A stretch of DNA of 64,000 nucleotides, taken from NCBI GenBank assembly GCA_946965045.2, contig OX337239.1, positions 1,798,001 to 1,862,000 on the forward strand. The letters are read 5' to 3'. Below the pieces are notes generated by a model. It did not search any database and had not been told where the DNA came from. It was given only the letters and a program-made list of their open reading frames with translations. A program made the translations under genes and the position numbers. Origin of the DNA: Epithemia pelagica (lineage: Eukaryota > Protista > Bacillariophyta). Every line of letters begins with the position of its first letter. Within the stretch, counting starts at the first letter, position 1. This document shows, piece after piece, positions 11,534 through 23,383 of this stretch.

Positions 11534-13844
11534 TTAGATTTGCTGTTTGAAACGGTCGCTTGCTTCTTCCTGCAAGCACCGGATATGGAGGTGCTTGGTT
11601 TGATCGTTCGATGCACGCCACGCAGCGACGACTGACTTGTACGTACGAATATCTGCCCCACGGTCGAGACTACCCATTCGTGCCATGGAGTCCATTTCCC
11701 GAAGCAATCTCTCCGCCCGTTTTGGATCGCCAGCATTCTGGTAACAAAAGATGACAGTGTTGTACGTCCAATTTGTTGGGCGAACATCAGAAGTTGTGCT
11801 TGTCTTGTATAGAGTCCACATTCGGCGAAGAAGTGATTCCGCTTTCTTTCCTGCTGAAACATTTCCTTTCGTCCGCGAAAACGTTGTCAGAACTATATGA
11901 AAGCAGCGAGCATCTGGCTTGTAGCGGTCAATCTTGCACTCGTTATACTTGTTGATGAGTTCTCCCAACAGCATGAAAGCACGATCAACCTGACCGGCTT
12001 TGTTGAGTGCCCCAATGACAGTCGTGTACTTGATCACATCAGGACATGCCGAGTCCTCTCCCGAATCGAAGAGAGTCTTGATCCATTCGAAAGACTCGAG
12101 CAGTTTATGAACGGAATCCGAACGATTGGTCTTTGTCCTGAATCAATGACAACTCCCGCGTATTAGAAACTTCTTGGCAATCGCAATCGAATTTCGACAC
12201 GTCTACTTACCAGGCCTTCAACAGTAACGCATAGCTGTATTCATCGGGAGCAGCTGGAACTCTTCCATCACGGTTCAAGTCTCGCCAACGATGCAAAATC
12301 ATCTCCACGCGTTCCGGAGACTCGCGAAAATTCGATTTTGACCATACAGCAAGTAAAGTATTAAAGCTCCGAACAGTGGGAACCGCGTTTTTTAGTCCAG
12401 AGAGATAAGTGTCCACCATCTCCCACAAGATACGCTCTGCGTCGTGGTACTTGTTCCCACAGTTCACGAATACATTGATAAGATTCGAGTAACAAATAGT
12501 GTCTGGCTCCAGGTTGTTGTCTCCATTTTCATAGCGCTCGAGCATGGCACGAAACAACGACTCCGCCCGAGATGCAGCGTCAGGTCTCCCACTGTTCGCC
12601 CAACAGTGGAGTATGCACGTGTAGGTGAATGTGTCAGGACCGCAAGTAGGAGCCATACCGGTGTCACCAAGCTGATGCATTTGACGAAGAAGATGTTCGC
12701 ATGCATCTGGAGCTTCAACTTTCTTTTCTGAGCGTTGCCAGGCATACATTACAGTCGTGAAGATGCGTTTGTCAGGAGGAAGGTTTCCTTTGTAGAACTC
12801 GTGCCACATGAGAGCAAGAACAGTCTCGGCCTTTGCAGCGTCGCCGCGAGACGCATATGCGTGCACTACACTGTTGAAACAACCTCCGTCGGGAGGAGAT
12901 TCTGAGAGTCCTTCATGGTAGTCACATAGCATTTGGCGCAGAAGGAATTCAGCATGCTCTGCTGCTCCAATATCTTTTGATGCCGCCACAGAACGAATAG
13001 AAAGCTCGCTATTGGTAGGTTTCGAAGTCTTTGGGTCAACAATCGTTTTCTTCACAGGTTCTTTTGAACGAGATTTAGGGGGATCCTCTTGGCACGTAGT
13101 GGGAGTGTCAAGATTTTGGCGAAGAGCTGCCGAAAAATCCATTCCAATGCCAACGTCTCCTCTTCCAATCGATGTCCCTATGTCACTCTTATCACATATC
13201 TTTTCTTGTATGAGTACCGTTTTCCTCTCTTTTCCAGAAACTCCATCTGCCTGGCGAGTCCGACCCAAAATATCAAGCTCAGCTGTGAAACGATGTTCTC
13301 CATGCTTCGGCAATCCATAACCTGGAAGGTTTTGGAGGACAAGTGTGAGAACAGAGGTACACCCCAGATGCATTCGAGGTTTATGGAACCATGACTGTTA
13401 TCCTCGCTTCATGATATGATGCCTACCTTCAAGCTTGTCATTGTGGGAAAAGCCGGGAGGAAGAACTTGGGCCGTTGGAGTGACCATTGGGTGTGATCGA
13501 GGAAGACTTTTCAAGTTCTGCTTTTGTCCTTGAACATGACCATTAGTAGTACGATGAATCTTGGGAGGAGGTGTCAGAACATCTTGCGACGAAAACAACG
13601 ACGAGTCTTTGATCCATTTTTCTGTGAGGTAGGGTTCAGTCTTGACGGGGTGATGATGGTCTTTGATAAGGGCGGCGCTTTTCGTTCCAAAAGCCGGGGA
13701 AGGTGGTTGGTTTTCCTTGTTTGCGTCTGACTGAGCTGGAAGAGCTTTCTTCCTTTCCACAGCTTTCGAAAACCCAATAGGAGGATAAGTTGTTCCTCGA
13801 ACATTTCCAATACTGGCGTTCGGATCTCGCTCTCGGAGCGCCAT
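11534..13844 (-). CDS. Pentatricopeptide repeat (PPR) protein, 3 exons
   Basis: About 35-aa PPR units (PDGGCFNSVVHAYA, PDKRIFTTVMYAW, PDTFTYTCILHCWA, PDTICYSNLINVF, PDVIKYTTVIGAL). In-frame GT-AG introns were reconstructed at 13322-13426 and 12138-12210. Confidence 0.9.
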
Positions 13845-15155
13845 GGTTCAAGCAACCGAATGGTCTCTTTACATTTATGTTGGATCTTCCTTTTTGGCTT
13901 TGGCCCTCTTCCAAAAATGAGAGTTGCATGCGATTCGTGACAGCGGACCCCCGCGGAATCTCGGGGTTTGAACGATGAAATTCCCGCGGTGGCGACCGAC
14001 AGAGACAAGCTTCCCGTAAAGCGTCTCCTGATGTAAACGCTAGGGATTTATGCGAGTGAAATTCTGTGCGTCTGGGAATTGTAAGTATCTAACTTCGCGG
14101 TCGCTGAAATATGATATATATCCAAAAGTTGCCGACGTGAAATCGAATTGATACAAGAGTGAATTGAAGCATTCGACGAATGATATAAGGATTCAGGATT
14201 GAAGACAACTTTGACAGTTAGCCACACGCGATGTGGCCGACTCGAATGACATCCAAGAATGGATCCAGGTTCAGGAAATTCAAGGCGCTCTGTAGGATAT
14301 TAGGGTGAATCAACCGATTCCATAGTGTCTCATATGAACAATCCTCGCATAATGTCAGAATTTGAATATCCATACCATGATATTCCGGTATCTTTCCATC
14401 GGTCTGTTTCCGAGTATGAATATGGACTATGCAAAGGAATGGTTCGATCATCGGTTGCTAGGTAGTCACAAGAATGAAATGAACTTGTCCACAGGCAATA
14501 TTGTACTACGATCCAATGCGATGATTCACTCTGCATGGTTCACTCTGCATGGATCGGTTCAGCCCATAAAGTCCAGAAAAGTGTTGACTTGGAGACTCAA
14601 TGTTTCAAGAAATTCAACGAAGACCAGCCAAGCACGATCTCCCAGTCGGACAGTCAATTGTCAAGCGCCACAACAGTACGACATTTCACTTTTGTCAGGC
14701 CTACAGATACAGATTGGGTGAAACAACAAACAACCTCCTTCCGATTCTTTCCCACAGAAATAGGCAGTTCCATCCACTGTAGTTGTAGTTCAGAGTTCGG
14801 AAACAAATCCGGAGCGCCTCCTCAAAGTATGAGCAAATTGATGCCAGATCAAGGTTGTTTGAAGAGCAGGGCATTGACTCCTCGGAATATGACGCCCCAT
14901 GGAACATCGTACATTTGCAATCTGCACATGCACACAACCACAGTCGAGAATAAGATACAGCGCTTGAGAAAGATTTTTGCGACGACAACGGCTACACGAT
15001 TGAGAACTGGTGAATGAAAATGTGCGTCTTTTATGCGACCCAAGAAAGGACTACACTTGAAGCAATGGATTTGATTCCATTCCGATTCTGCTTGCGACTT
15101 CTGGAAAGGTAAAGGAGAGGCGAAGTTGTACTGAGAGACCTCGTAACTCGTAACC

Positions 15156-15771
15156 ATGACGAGACGAAACGACATGATGATGAAGGCGGTGTTGCTGCTC
15201 ATATACGTGGTCTTCTCCCCCGCAAACGCATTTACTGTACAGCCATGTCCTTGGTATGCCTCTTTATCATCTCCTTTATGGACATCACGACCCGCCACAT
15301 TTTCAGGCAAGAGATATATGGCTGAATCGGCAGATCCGGAAGCTGGTGCAGAACCAGACAAACAAGAAAATGAGGATGATGCCAGCTCTTCGTCATCTCC
15401 TGAGTTAGAGGCGGAAACCGACAGCAGTAATTCCATGGCAGAGGATATCTCAACTGAAGGAGGGATGTGGAAAACAGTCTTGCTTGCTGGACCACTGTTT
15501 CTCAAGTTCGTTGTTGTATTGGTGTGAGTATTGGCTCTTGTGATATTATGTGTGATTGGCCATCCCTCGTACGCTTGCTCCTAGGATATCACGGCTTTTT
15601 GTGTACTCATATAATTTCCTCCTCGTTACTGTCGTTCACAGACTCAAGTTCTTGACAGACCTAGTTGTATTTCCGTTATTGTGGCTCTATCGCTTGGCCC
15701 GCTTGACGAAGAAGCAAGTTCTAAAGCTTTTTGGACAAAGCACAGAAACTCCCAACTCTGCAGGGGCATGA
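15156..15771 (+). CDS. Small putative plastid-targeted membrane protein, 2 exons
   Basis: Signal peptide ending ANA-FTV (ASAFAP-like), acidic linker and hydrophobic C-terminus. An intron at 15524-15641 (GTGAGT...CACAG) joins two ORFs in frame. Confidence 0.7.
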
Positions 15772-15886
15772 AATGTGATCGGCATCTTGATGACCCGTGA
15801 ATGTGTATAGTTTTGTATAATACGTTGTAACTAGACCTCCTACCCGCTCGCCTTCATGCCCGATTTGATTGTGGTATGAGTCTTCA

Positions 15887-17116
15887 TCATCGTTGCGCAG
15901 GGTAAAGCGCAAACATAATGAAACTTAGTGCTGCGAGAAGACCTCCAACCCATTGCGAAGCCGACACAGGTTTGTCGGTTTTGCTAAACATGTTTTGAAG
16001 AACACCAGAAAGAAACATTCCTTGTATGAGTGCAAATCCTTTCTGCACGGCGCCGGCATATTTGGTCACCAAACCAACAAGTATACCTCCGGCCGCATTC
16101 GTTGCTATTGGAATCAACGTTGCCACTGTCCAGCCCACTGTGATCCTTTCTTCACGGCAGCGCCTTCCATCTGGTGTCCAAGGCAACAACAGATTTAAAA
16201 AGTCAAACAAAGCTGATATTGCCGACATTTCCAGTGACAGCAGTAGGGTGTTCCTTTTCAAAACCTGTAAATTCTTTTGAGTCAAACTTCCAGCTAGACC
16301 AGATATCAAGCTTGCCATCAGGGCTGGTAAAACTCCCGAAAACCATCTCATTCGACGCCTTGCCATCTCATCTTCCTCGACAGTTTCGGTTGAGGTTACG
16401 AATGGAATCGCTATTATTGATTCCATCACAAGAGCAGATAGCAACAAGATTACCAATGCCAGCATCTGCTGAGGAGTTTGTCTTTGTCCCAACAAGAAGA
16501 AACAGCAAACAGCAGCCGAAAGAGTTTTGGTCTGGTTCAGAACATTGAACGTGATGGGTGAAAGATTCTGATAAGCCTGTAGCTGACAGTAGTTTTGAAA
16601 CACATATAGAAGGGCTGGCAATCCAGCTGCCGATAGAGAACTTGACCACGTCCATCCCAACGTCGCTTCATGTAGGCTTCCAGTCAGCAAAAGGCATGCC
16701 AAACTAGAGAAAAACCGGATCACATCTTGAACAAAGACATATGTGCCCTTGATCATGTTTTTCGGTGCATGTAGTTTCGTGAGCAAAGGCTGAAAGCCAT
16801 ATTGAAGTGCAAGAAGTGCCATGTACAAAGAGCCCAACGCAGTCGAAGCCTCGCCTCCAACTAGAAAGGATGAATGCAGCCTTATTCTGTTTGTTTTCCA
16901 GTTGTTGGAGACAGGAGAGTCCATGAACAAGTTATTCGATTGGGTTGTGGTCATATGTTCCTCCTGTATGCGATACGACGAGCTGTGGGGTGCAATGTAT
17001 GGTCTTGCCGATCTCGAAAACGCCGCTGCATCTGGAAAAAATACGAAACAAACTAGTGTAATATATGTAACGTAAAAGACCGCATCCAATGTTCCCCGGT
17101 TCAAAGAGACACCCAT
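15887..17116 (-). CDS. Nucleotide-sugar transporter (SLC35A-like) with N-terminal leader
   Basis: LALQYGFQPLL, PALLYVFQN, ITFNVLNQTKTLSAA, SGLAGSLTQK, GGILVGLVTKY..VQKGF. The first ATG is at 17116. Confidence 0.9.
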   Translation of the reverse strand: MGVSLNRGTLDAVFYVTYITLVCFVFFPDAAAFSRSARPYIAPHSSSYRIQEEHMTTTQSNNLFMDSPVSNNWKTNRIRLHSSFLVGGEASTALGSLYMALLALQYGFQPLLTKLHAPKNMIKGTYVFVQDVIRFFSSLACLLLTGSLHEATLGWTWSSSLSAAGLPALLYVFQNYCQLQAYQNLSPITFNVLNQTKTLSAAVCCFFLLGQRQTPQQMLALVILLLSALVMESIIAIPFVTSTETVEEDEMARRRMRWFSGVLPALMASLISGLAGSLTQKNLQVLKRNTLLLSLEMSAISALFDFLNLLLPWTPDGRRCREERITVGWTVATLIPIATNAAGGILVGLVTKYAGAVQKGFALIQGMFLSGVLQNMFSKTDKPVSASQWVGGLLAALSFIMFALYPAQR

Positions 17117-17608
17117 TCCCAGTCGTTCAAACCTCACTTGTTGTGATTTCGATTGTGCCAATGGCAACTGTTTCAAAAAATGGGGAAAGGTGCGCCATCA
17201 GGATTTTGGAAGATCGCGGTGGCAGCTACGGATAAAAACGTTGGACGCGAGTCGGTCGCAGAAAGATGTTTCCATCAGATGAACTTTTGATGCTGGTAGC
17301 TGGTAGGAGATGTGTTAGGAGTAGATGGAAGATGAGCTTGCTGATCGGTATGATAATGATAACTGCAGATCGCTCGAAACTAAGGGATCACAGAAGGCTG
17401 CAAAAAGGAAAGGTTGATCATTTAACTGCCACCATGTCTTCTGCCATCATTCTTCAACAAGCTATCGGAACTAACGAGTTGGCAATCCGGAATGGACAGC
17501 GACCGAGGCATGTAAGAGGCACAAAATGAATCTAGCAGCTTGTTGTTACTTCAAATCAAGAATGGAATGACTCGTAGCAGGCAACGCGTTGTATTTCTTC
17601 ATTCCACT

Positions 17609-18595
17609 TTATAAATCGGGAGATGAATCTTTCGAGGCATCTCCAGTTGTAAAATAGTTCTCCTGTAATATTCTGATACAGTCTTGCACCCAGGCAATGC
17701 TGACAACGGCAATGGCCCACTTGAGAACAGACCAAAAAATGGATAAGCCAATGGGGATACCATTCTTTTTGCCATGAACGAACAAACTGTACGTCATGTG
17801 ACCAAACATGGCCCAACCAAAGAAGGTGCGAACAAAAATGTACGACACACAAAACAGGAAAGTTGTGACATAATCTGCCGTTCTCAACCATCCAAGTTCC
17901 TTGCAGCAGTCGAGCTTCAACGCCGTAGATGTCATGTAATATCCATTTTGAAATGGATTGGTGACTTCGCCAAGGACTATCAACATCATGACTGCAACAT
18001 GGCCTGCATCTACCATCCGCGCAGACGTGATCATTACCACCACAATAGCATGGTGTGCCAAGAACGCATAGTCCGAGGGATCTACATCTCCATTTATGAT
18101 CATGGCACAAAAGTCATACATCATATAACCTGTGCAGAACTGCATCAAAGCATGACTTGCATCTTGCCACCATAACGGAGCCTCGGACATTTTTTCACAG
18201 GGAAGATACCGTCTTCTCACGAAGAGGAGACAGCAACCTGAAACAACCAACGTCGAGTGAAGGATCCCAACAGCGGATGCTGCTACCAACTGTTGACTTT
18301 TATCTTTCGGAAAACCACCATAGTTGACAAGGAGTGATTGGACAGCAGCATTGATACATCCGAGAACCCAAAACGTGGCAAAGCACACAGAAAAGTCCAG
18401 CGGTGATCCACCCAGGCCAATGGGAAGTTTAACTTGAAGAGGAAGAGAGGAGGAGAGATTGCTCCAGACCTGTAGAATCATTGAAATATCATTGTTCGAA
18501 GTCTTCATCTCTTCGTCTTTGTCTCGCAACGATTCGGGTGGGAAGAATCCCTCCTTCCAGTCGCCTAGAATATGTGTGCTCTCATTAAGTCCCAT
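17609..18595 (-). CDS. TLC (TRAM/LAG1/CLN8) domain membrane protein
   Basis: GYMMYDF, AFLAHHAIV and LGEVTNPFQN motifs with multiple TM segments. The start is uncertain (ATGs at 18595, 18508, 18481). Confidence 0.85.
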   Translation of the reverse strand: MGLNESTHILGDWKEGFFPPESLRDKDEEMKTSNNDISMILQVWSNLSSSLPLQVKLPIGLGGSPLDFSVCFATFWVLGCINAAVQSLLVNYGGFPKDKSQQLVAASAVGILHSTLVVSGCCLLFVRRRYLPCEKMSEAPLWWQDASHALMQFCTGYMMYDFCAMIINGDVDPSDYAFLAHHAIVVVMITSARMVDAGHVAVMMLIVLGEVTNPFQNGYYMTSTALKLDCCKELGWLRTADYVTTFLFCVSYIFVRTFFGWAMFGHMTYSLFVHGKKNGIPIGLSIFWSVLKWAIAVVSIAWVQDCIRILQENYFTTGDASKDSSPDL

Positions 18596-19038
18596 GTAAT
18601 TCGGGACCCAATAAGACACAGGTTTGCTCGTGCTCCCGGAGATCCAGTCTCTTGCACAGAGTACGAAAGTCCTCGAAAATGCAACCTGTGTTCCGCCTAA
18701 TGGGTTCTGTCGCACTGTTCTTTGCGGTTTTCATCCATCAAGCTCAAATTCTTAGAGTCACGTATCCCCTCCAGCACAATGATCTTCAAATAGATCACAT
18801 TCGTGGACGCTGGAGATTTTGAATGGTTTTGCGTTCGACGCAAGCAGGTGGCAAACGTCATCGCTACATGGATACATCACCTCGCTATCGTCACAGTCAA
18901 ATCGTTGCACCTACGTACTTTCGCCTTTCGTGGACCCCCAATCCATCAAAACCAAACAAAGCGTATCTCCACGAAACATCAAAGTTTGAGAAGCAGCACA
19001 TTGTCTCGTAAGAAACCAAAACCAAAACAAACTCCAAG

Positions 19039-19614
19039 ATGAAGACCAGTTTCTCCATTGCCGCCGCTGCTTTGATCGCCGCTTCTGCCGAGGCTTTCAC
19101 TATCTCCTCCGACTCTGTCCGCACTTCCACCGAGCTTTACAAGTACCGCCCTACCAAGTGGACTCCTCAGTACGGTTCCACTGGCAGTGCCACCTCCAGC
19201 AGTCCCTCTTACGGTGCTCCCTCTTACAGTGCTGCTCCCCCTGCCGCCCCAGCTGATGCCGCAGCTGCCCCTTCGTACGGTGGTATGCCCTCGGCACCCA
19301 AGGGAGACTACTCCGGTGTCAAGTGGAGTCCCCAAGGAGGCGCCAACCCCGGCTTCTCCGGACCCCCCTCTGCTGGTGCCGCCGCCCCTGTTGCCGCGGC
19401 CGCTGCTCCGGCTGCCCCTGCCGCCTCTGGCCCTTCTTTGGATGACCTTGCCGCTCAATGGGCCGCCATGAACAGTGACCACGACGGTGTCCCACCTCCT
19501 CAAATGAACCATACTCCTCCCCCGGCCGCCCCTCCTGCTCCACCTGCCGCCCCCGCTGGTCCCACTATGGCTGACCTTGCATCACAATGGGCCTCCATGA
19601 ACAGCTCCGACTAA
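19039..19614 (+). CDS. PYCO1: PYCO1-like pyrenoid Rubisco-linker candidate (plastid-targeted, Pro/Ala-rich, sticker repeats)
   Basis: Signal peptide plus AEA-FT leader; KWTP (19156) and KWSP (19321); DLAAQWAAMN (from 19444) and DLASQWASMN (from 19573); Tyr-spaced disordered linkers; many C-ending codons. Similarity to P. tricornutum PYCO1 motifs is from recall. Confidence 0.75.
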   Translation: MKTSFSIAAAALIAASAEAFTISSDSVRTSTELYKYRPTKWTPQYGSTGSATSSSPSYGAPSYSAAPPAAPADAAAAPSYGGMPSAPKGDYSGVKWSPQGGANPGFSGPPSAGAAAPVAAAAAPAAPAASGPSLDDLAAQWAAMNSDHDGVPPPQMNHTPPPAAPPAPPAAPAGPTMADLASQWASMNSSD

Positions 19615-20448
19615 GCAAGAAACATCATACGAAAAAATATGTTGTCTATAGAACCACGTAACGAAAGTAAGCTGACGCTACCAAGAAGTGCAATATAAGC
19701 AATAAGTAAGATCATTCCATTCACGGCAGCAATTTCTCTGGAAATGTGGTATAGTCCATTTTTGTGTAGTTCTGAAGAGAGTATCATCACAAGAGAGACA
19801 GACTTTCGCACTAATACCGACGACTATCAGATCTCCCAACCCATCACAAGTTCTCTCTGAAGATACTTCTGGTGCTCGTTTCAGTTGGTCCTGACATTGA
19901 GGATGATCAGACGAAACTAGAGTTCGAGTACGCACAACAATCGCAATGGTAGCGTTATTTCTGGTTGCTAAAGTTCGAAGTTGGACCAAATGTTTGTGTC
20001 TCGAAATATATAAAGAGGTAAGGGATCTCACGGCGCTCGGTAGACAGAATAGACATAAAACATAAAAGACATCAGAATCAGAGCTCCCCGCCCGTTTGTC
20101 GTCCGCATCAGGAGCGTAAGTCAAGTCACTGCCCGGCGTTTCTCCGAGTACTGCATTCCTATTATATTTATGTGTTCACTAACCTTTCCCGTCCGTTGGC
20201 GTGCTCTTTTCCATCAAGAAAAGTGAGGAAAGATTTTCCACACGAGTCAATTCTTCCTCATGTGTGGCCGGCATAACCATAATAGCAACAATAGATCTCT
20301 TGCATTGTCTTTGCTGACGCAGTTGATCGTCGCTAAAAACAGGATTGAAGTTGTTGCGAGATCTTCAAACAAAGCGTGGCACAAATTCATTCAGTGCGTA
20401 AGGTACAAAGCAAAACTAGAACACAGTTAACGGAGTTGACCTTGGCCA

Positions 20449-21366
20449 ATGAAGCAACAAATCCAACGAGCGGGTGACTTTGTTCGGTGCGCCCGACCAA
20501 GACGAAGAGGGCTTCGGACTGGTCATCGTCCGACCAAAGGCTCACGTGACATATCGGAAGTAGAAAAGACGTTCGTACATGATAGTGAGGATGACTACTC
20601 TCACCATTCTAACTTGGTGACCGGCCGCGAGCAAGAAATGCGCAAAGTCTCTCCTCACCGCAGTTATTCGCCGGCTTCTTCCATCGAAGAATCTTCCTCC
20701 GTTGCGATCGAAAATATGGAGGCTTCTCTTTCCCCACAATACCGTCGTAATCAAAGCATTTTCAATCGCATGTCAGTGATTGGTTTGTCTTCAATCCCCT
20801 TGTATCCTTCAAGTCCTTCTCGGCGTCAAAAGAGGTCTCGTGTGGCGCCATCCCAAACTTCTTTCCGATCATCGACAAGAAGAAGGGAGAGCTTATATCT
20901 ACAACAAGATCGGTCGTCTGTGACAATTCGAAGCGAAACTATTGAGACACCCTTGGGATTTATGGAAAGCTACTCTTCGTGCGTGAAACAACAGACGCAA
21001 TGTTTTCTGCATCGAAATTGGTGGAATACAATGTTCCATTCGATCATTTCATCCGACTTATGGCCATCGTTGTTTTTTGTGTTTGCGTTCACCTTTTGGC
21101 TGTCGTTGTATCGTGTATACATCAAGCCTGCGATCCTTCACATTTGGAGCCACTCCGCGAGGCATGTGTTGACGGCAATGAAGAGTCAATGGTTACGCAT
21201 TCGCGTTGGCAAAGATCGCGATCGTATCATGTTTGCCATTGGCATTATGTTGCTTCAAATTAGACGACGAGAACAGATTACGCAAATGTGCCTTAAGTAT
21301 CATGAAAAACACATTCGTAAGAGACCATTGCTTCGTAAAAAGGCTCAAGATGTACCTCAAGGATGA
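20449..21366 (+). CDS. Hypothetical protein with Ser-rich N-terminus and C-terminal hydrophobic segments
   Basis: 305-aa ATG-initiated ORF with a hydrophobic stretch LWPSLFFVFAFTFWLSLY; no domain recognised. Confidence 0.55.
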   Translation: MKQQIQRAGDFVRCARPRRRGLRTGHRPTKGSRDISEVEKTFVHDSEDDYSHHSNLVTGREQEMRKVSPHRSYSPASSIEESSSVAIENMEASLSPQYRRNQSIFNRMSVIGLSSIPLYPSSPSRRQKRSRVAPSQTSFRSSTRRRESLYLQQDRSSVTIRSETIETPLGFMESYSSCVKQQTQCFLHRNWWNTMFHSIISSDLWPSLFFVFAFTFWLSLYRVYIKPAILHIWSHSARHVLTAMKSQWLRIRVGKDRDRIMFAIGIMLLQIRRREQITQMCLKYHEKHIRKRPLLRKKAQDVPQG

Positions 21367-21790
21367 TGTCGCCGACATTCAGTTTTCGATGAAGGTAGGT
21401 TCTCCTTCTGCTTGTCCTGTCCCGGCGTCGTTGTTCATGAGAATGATTTGTACCACAAAAAACACAATGATAGGTCGTTCGTATCCATGGACGAAGATTT
21501 CTTAACTTGGTTGACTCGTGAACCATGAACAAACGAAATGGGAAATGTACATGTTCTACGATATCATGACTCACAATAACAATGTTACCTTACGAAAATT
21601 TAGAATCTACATATTCCTGGCATTACCTACCCATGATGACAGAAAGGGACACCTTCGGGGATTGTCGTATCATGAGCGTGGCAGAAAACCAAATTTAACC
21701 GTTTCCACGCGGTCCAACGTGTCACAGTACCGAAACTCATGTGATCACACCACAAATCGTAATCCTTCCTCATTTTGGAAGGACTCCACC

Positions 21791-23056
21791 ATGGCAGTCA
21801 TGTTGATAAACTCCTTATGGAAACCTAGCTTCGGGTCTCCTCATGGAGCCGTCTCCTCTCCAACACTCGAATTGACATCAGCTTCCAGATCCACTTCCGG
21901 GACTCCTCTGCATCAATCTCGCCGGCGCAAATCATTGACGTGTTACTTCTATGTCGTGATTCTATGTGTGGTTTTCGCCTTGTACTCTGGATTGATGCTT
22001 GCAGGGGATATGCGCATGATTCGAAATTTATGGTTACCAAGTCAAAACGAAAACTACGACACGAAGTCGTCCATGGTGGAACGAAGCATGTTGAAGGCTG
22101 ACATGTTCAAAGGAAGGAATCATTCCCTTGGTATTGTTTGGCTCATGTCGTTTCCAAACAGCGGTACGTCCTTCACCATCAAGCACATTCGCCATTTAGG
22201 AATGACTCAATCGGCGACAAATTACGGCCATGAGAATACTCAGATGTCTTCTGGCGAAGCGATTCCCGTGTACGAAGACCAACCGGGAGGACCGTTTTGG
22301 ATGGACCCGGATGTGCATCCAGAATTTGAGTTTCCTTCTCGTTTGGTGTTGGTCAAGACCCATTGCGGTGGTCGCTGCGAAACTTGTCCACCGCAACGCT
22401 ACTTTGAATCCACCTACAGCTTCCGGCAACAATGCTTGACGGGAAAGCGGTGTTTCTTTGTGAATGGAAGTCGTGTCGATGAAAGAGTTTCATATCCCGT
22501 AGACCGCGTTTCCAAGGCAATTCATTTGATTCGCGATCCCTTTGACAATATTGTGTCGAGATTCCATATGGAAGCAAAAGGGAATCGAAGTGCCACTGGC
22601 TACAATTCGACGCGAGAAGGCTTTCGCCAGTACTGCTTTTGGCTCAACGACGAGTACAAAGACGAAGAGGAAAAGGCTCGTATCTTGTATCATAGCAAAC
22701 TTTTGATCATAATGAAAGACGTCCCGTGCCGAGCCGATTTCTTCCGATACGTTGAATGGCACAATCAAGCGTTTGCTTTGACCCAAGATTTGGGTTTGGA
22801 TACATTGGTGGTTCACTACGGCGAGTACACAAGTAATATGAAGGGAGTATCCCAGCGCTTGTTGGATTTTATGGATTTATCGGCTCGTGGCACACCATTT
22901 GAATTCCTCCCGGGCAAGGAGTATCGTGACGAGTATTTCACGGCCAAGGAACGTCGCGCCGTTCAAGAGGCTTTCAATCAAATGGCTTCGCAGCAAACCA
23001 CGATCCACATGAAGCAGTATTTTGTTGAGGAAGAGCGCCCCGCATCTACATCGTAG
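21791..23056 (+). CDS. Type II membrane sulfotransferase-like protein
   Basis: TM anchor YFYVVILCVVFALYSGLML, PAPS-loop-like WLMSFPNSGTSFT, VLVKTH, AIHLIRDPFDNIVSRF, VVHYGEY. The likely ATG is at 21791. Confidence 0.8.
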   Translation: MAVMLINSLWKPSFGSPHGAVSSPTLELTSASRSTSGTPLHQSRRRKSLTCYFYVVILCVVFALYSGLMLAGDMRMIRNLWLPSQNENYDTKSSMVERSMLKADMFKGRNHSLGIVWLMSFPNSGTSFTIKHIRHLGMTQSATNYGHENTQMSSGEAIPVYEDQPGGPFWMDPDVHPEFEFPSRLVLVKTHCGGRCETCPPQRYFESTYSFRQQCLTGKRCFFVNGSRVDERVSYPVDRVSKAIHLIRDPFDNIVSRFHMEAKGNRSATGYNSTREGFRQYCFWLNDEYKDEEEKARILYHSKLLIIMKDVPCRADFFRYVEWHNQAFALTQDLGLDTLVVHYGEYTSNMKGVSQRLLDFMDLSARGTPFEFLPGKEYRDEYFTAKERRAVQEAFNQMASQQTTIHMKQYFVEEERPASTS

Positions 23057-23383
23057 AATCACGTTTTGTGAAATATTATGACGTTCTCGTTTTGAATTGT
23101 CAAGTCTCTTAGAAGCATGATTCATTTAGCAGTAAAGTGAGAAAGTGAGAATGATTAAATTTTATTGTCAGACATTGAAGCGAATAAGCTATGGAGAATT
23201 ATCTTTTTTTGAAAGATGTTGCTTGTAGACGAACGACAACAAAAAAAGAGCTGATGATGCACATGACAGTCGGTCTGCCAACTGTCAGCATTCATCGACG
23301 AACGAATGGACACTGTGTAGTCAAACAAAAATGTTACAGTCATAGTCTTCGGTTCGCCACTGGTATATTCTCAGCATCCTTCC

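Noticed and set aside
13322-13426. In-frame TAA (13398-13400) between the two PPR-gene ORFs, suggesting readthrough
   Set aside because: A canonical 105-nt intron (GTAGGC...CTCAC...TTCCAG) removes the stop and restores the frame.
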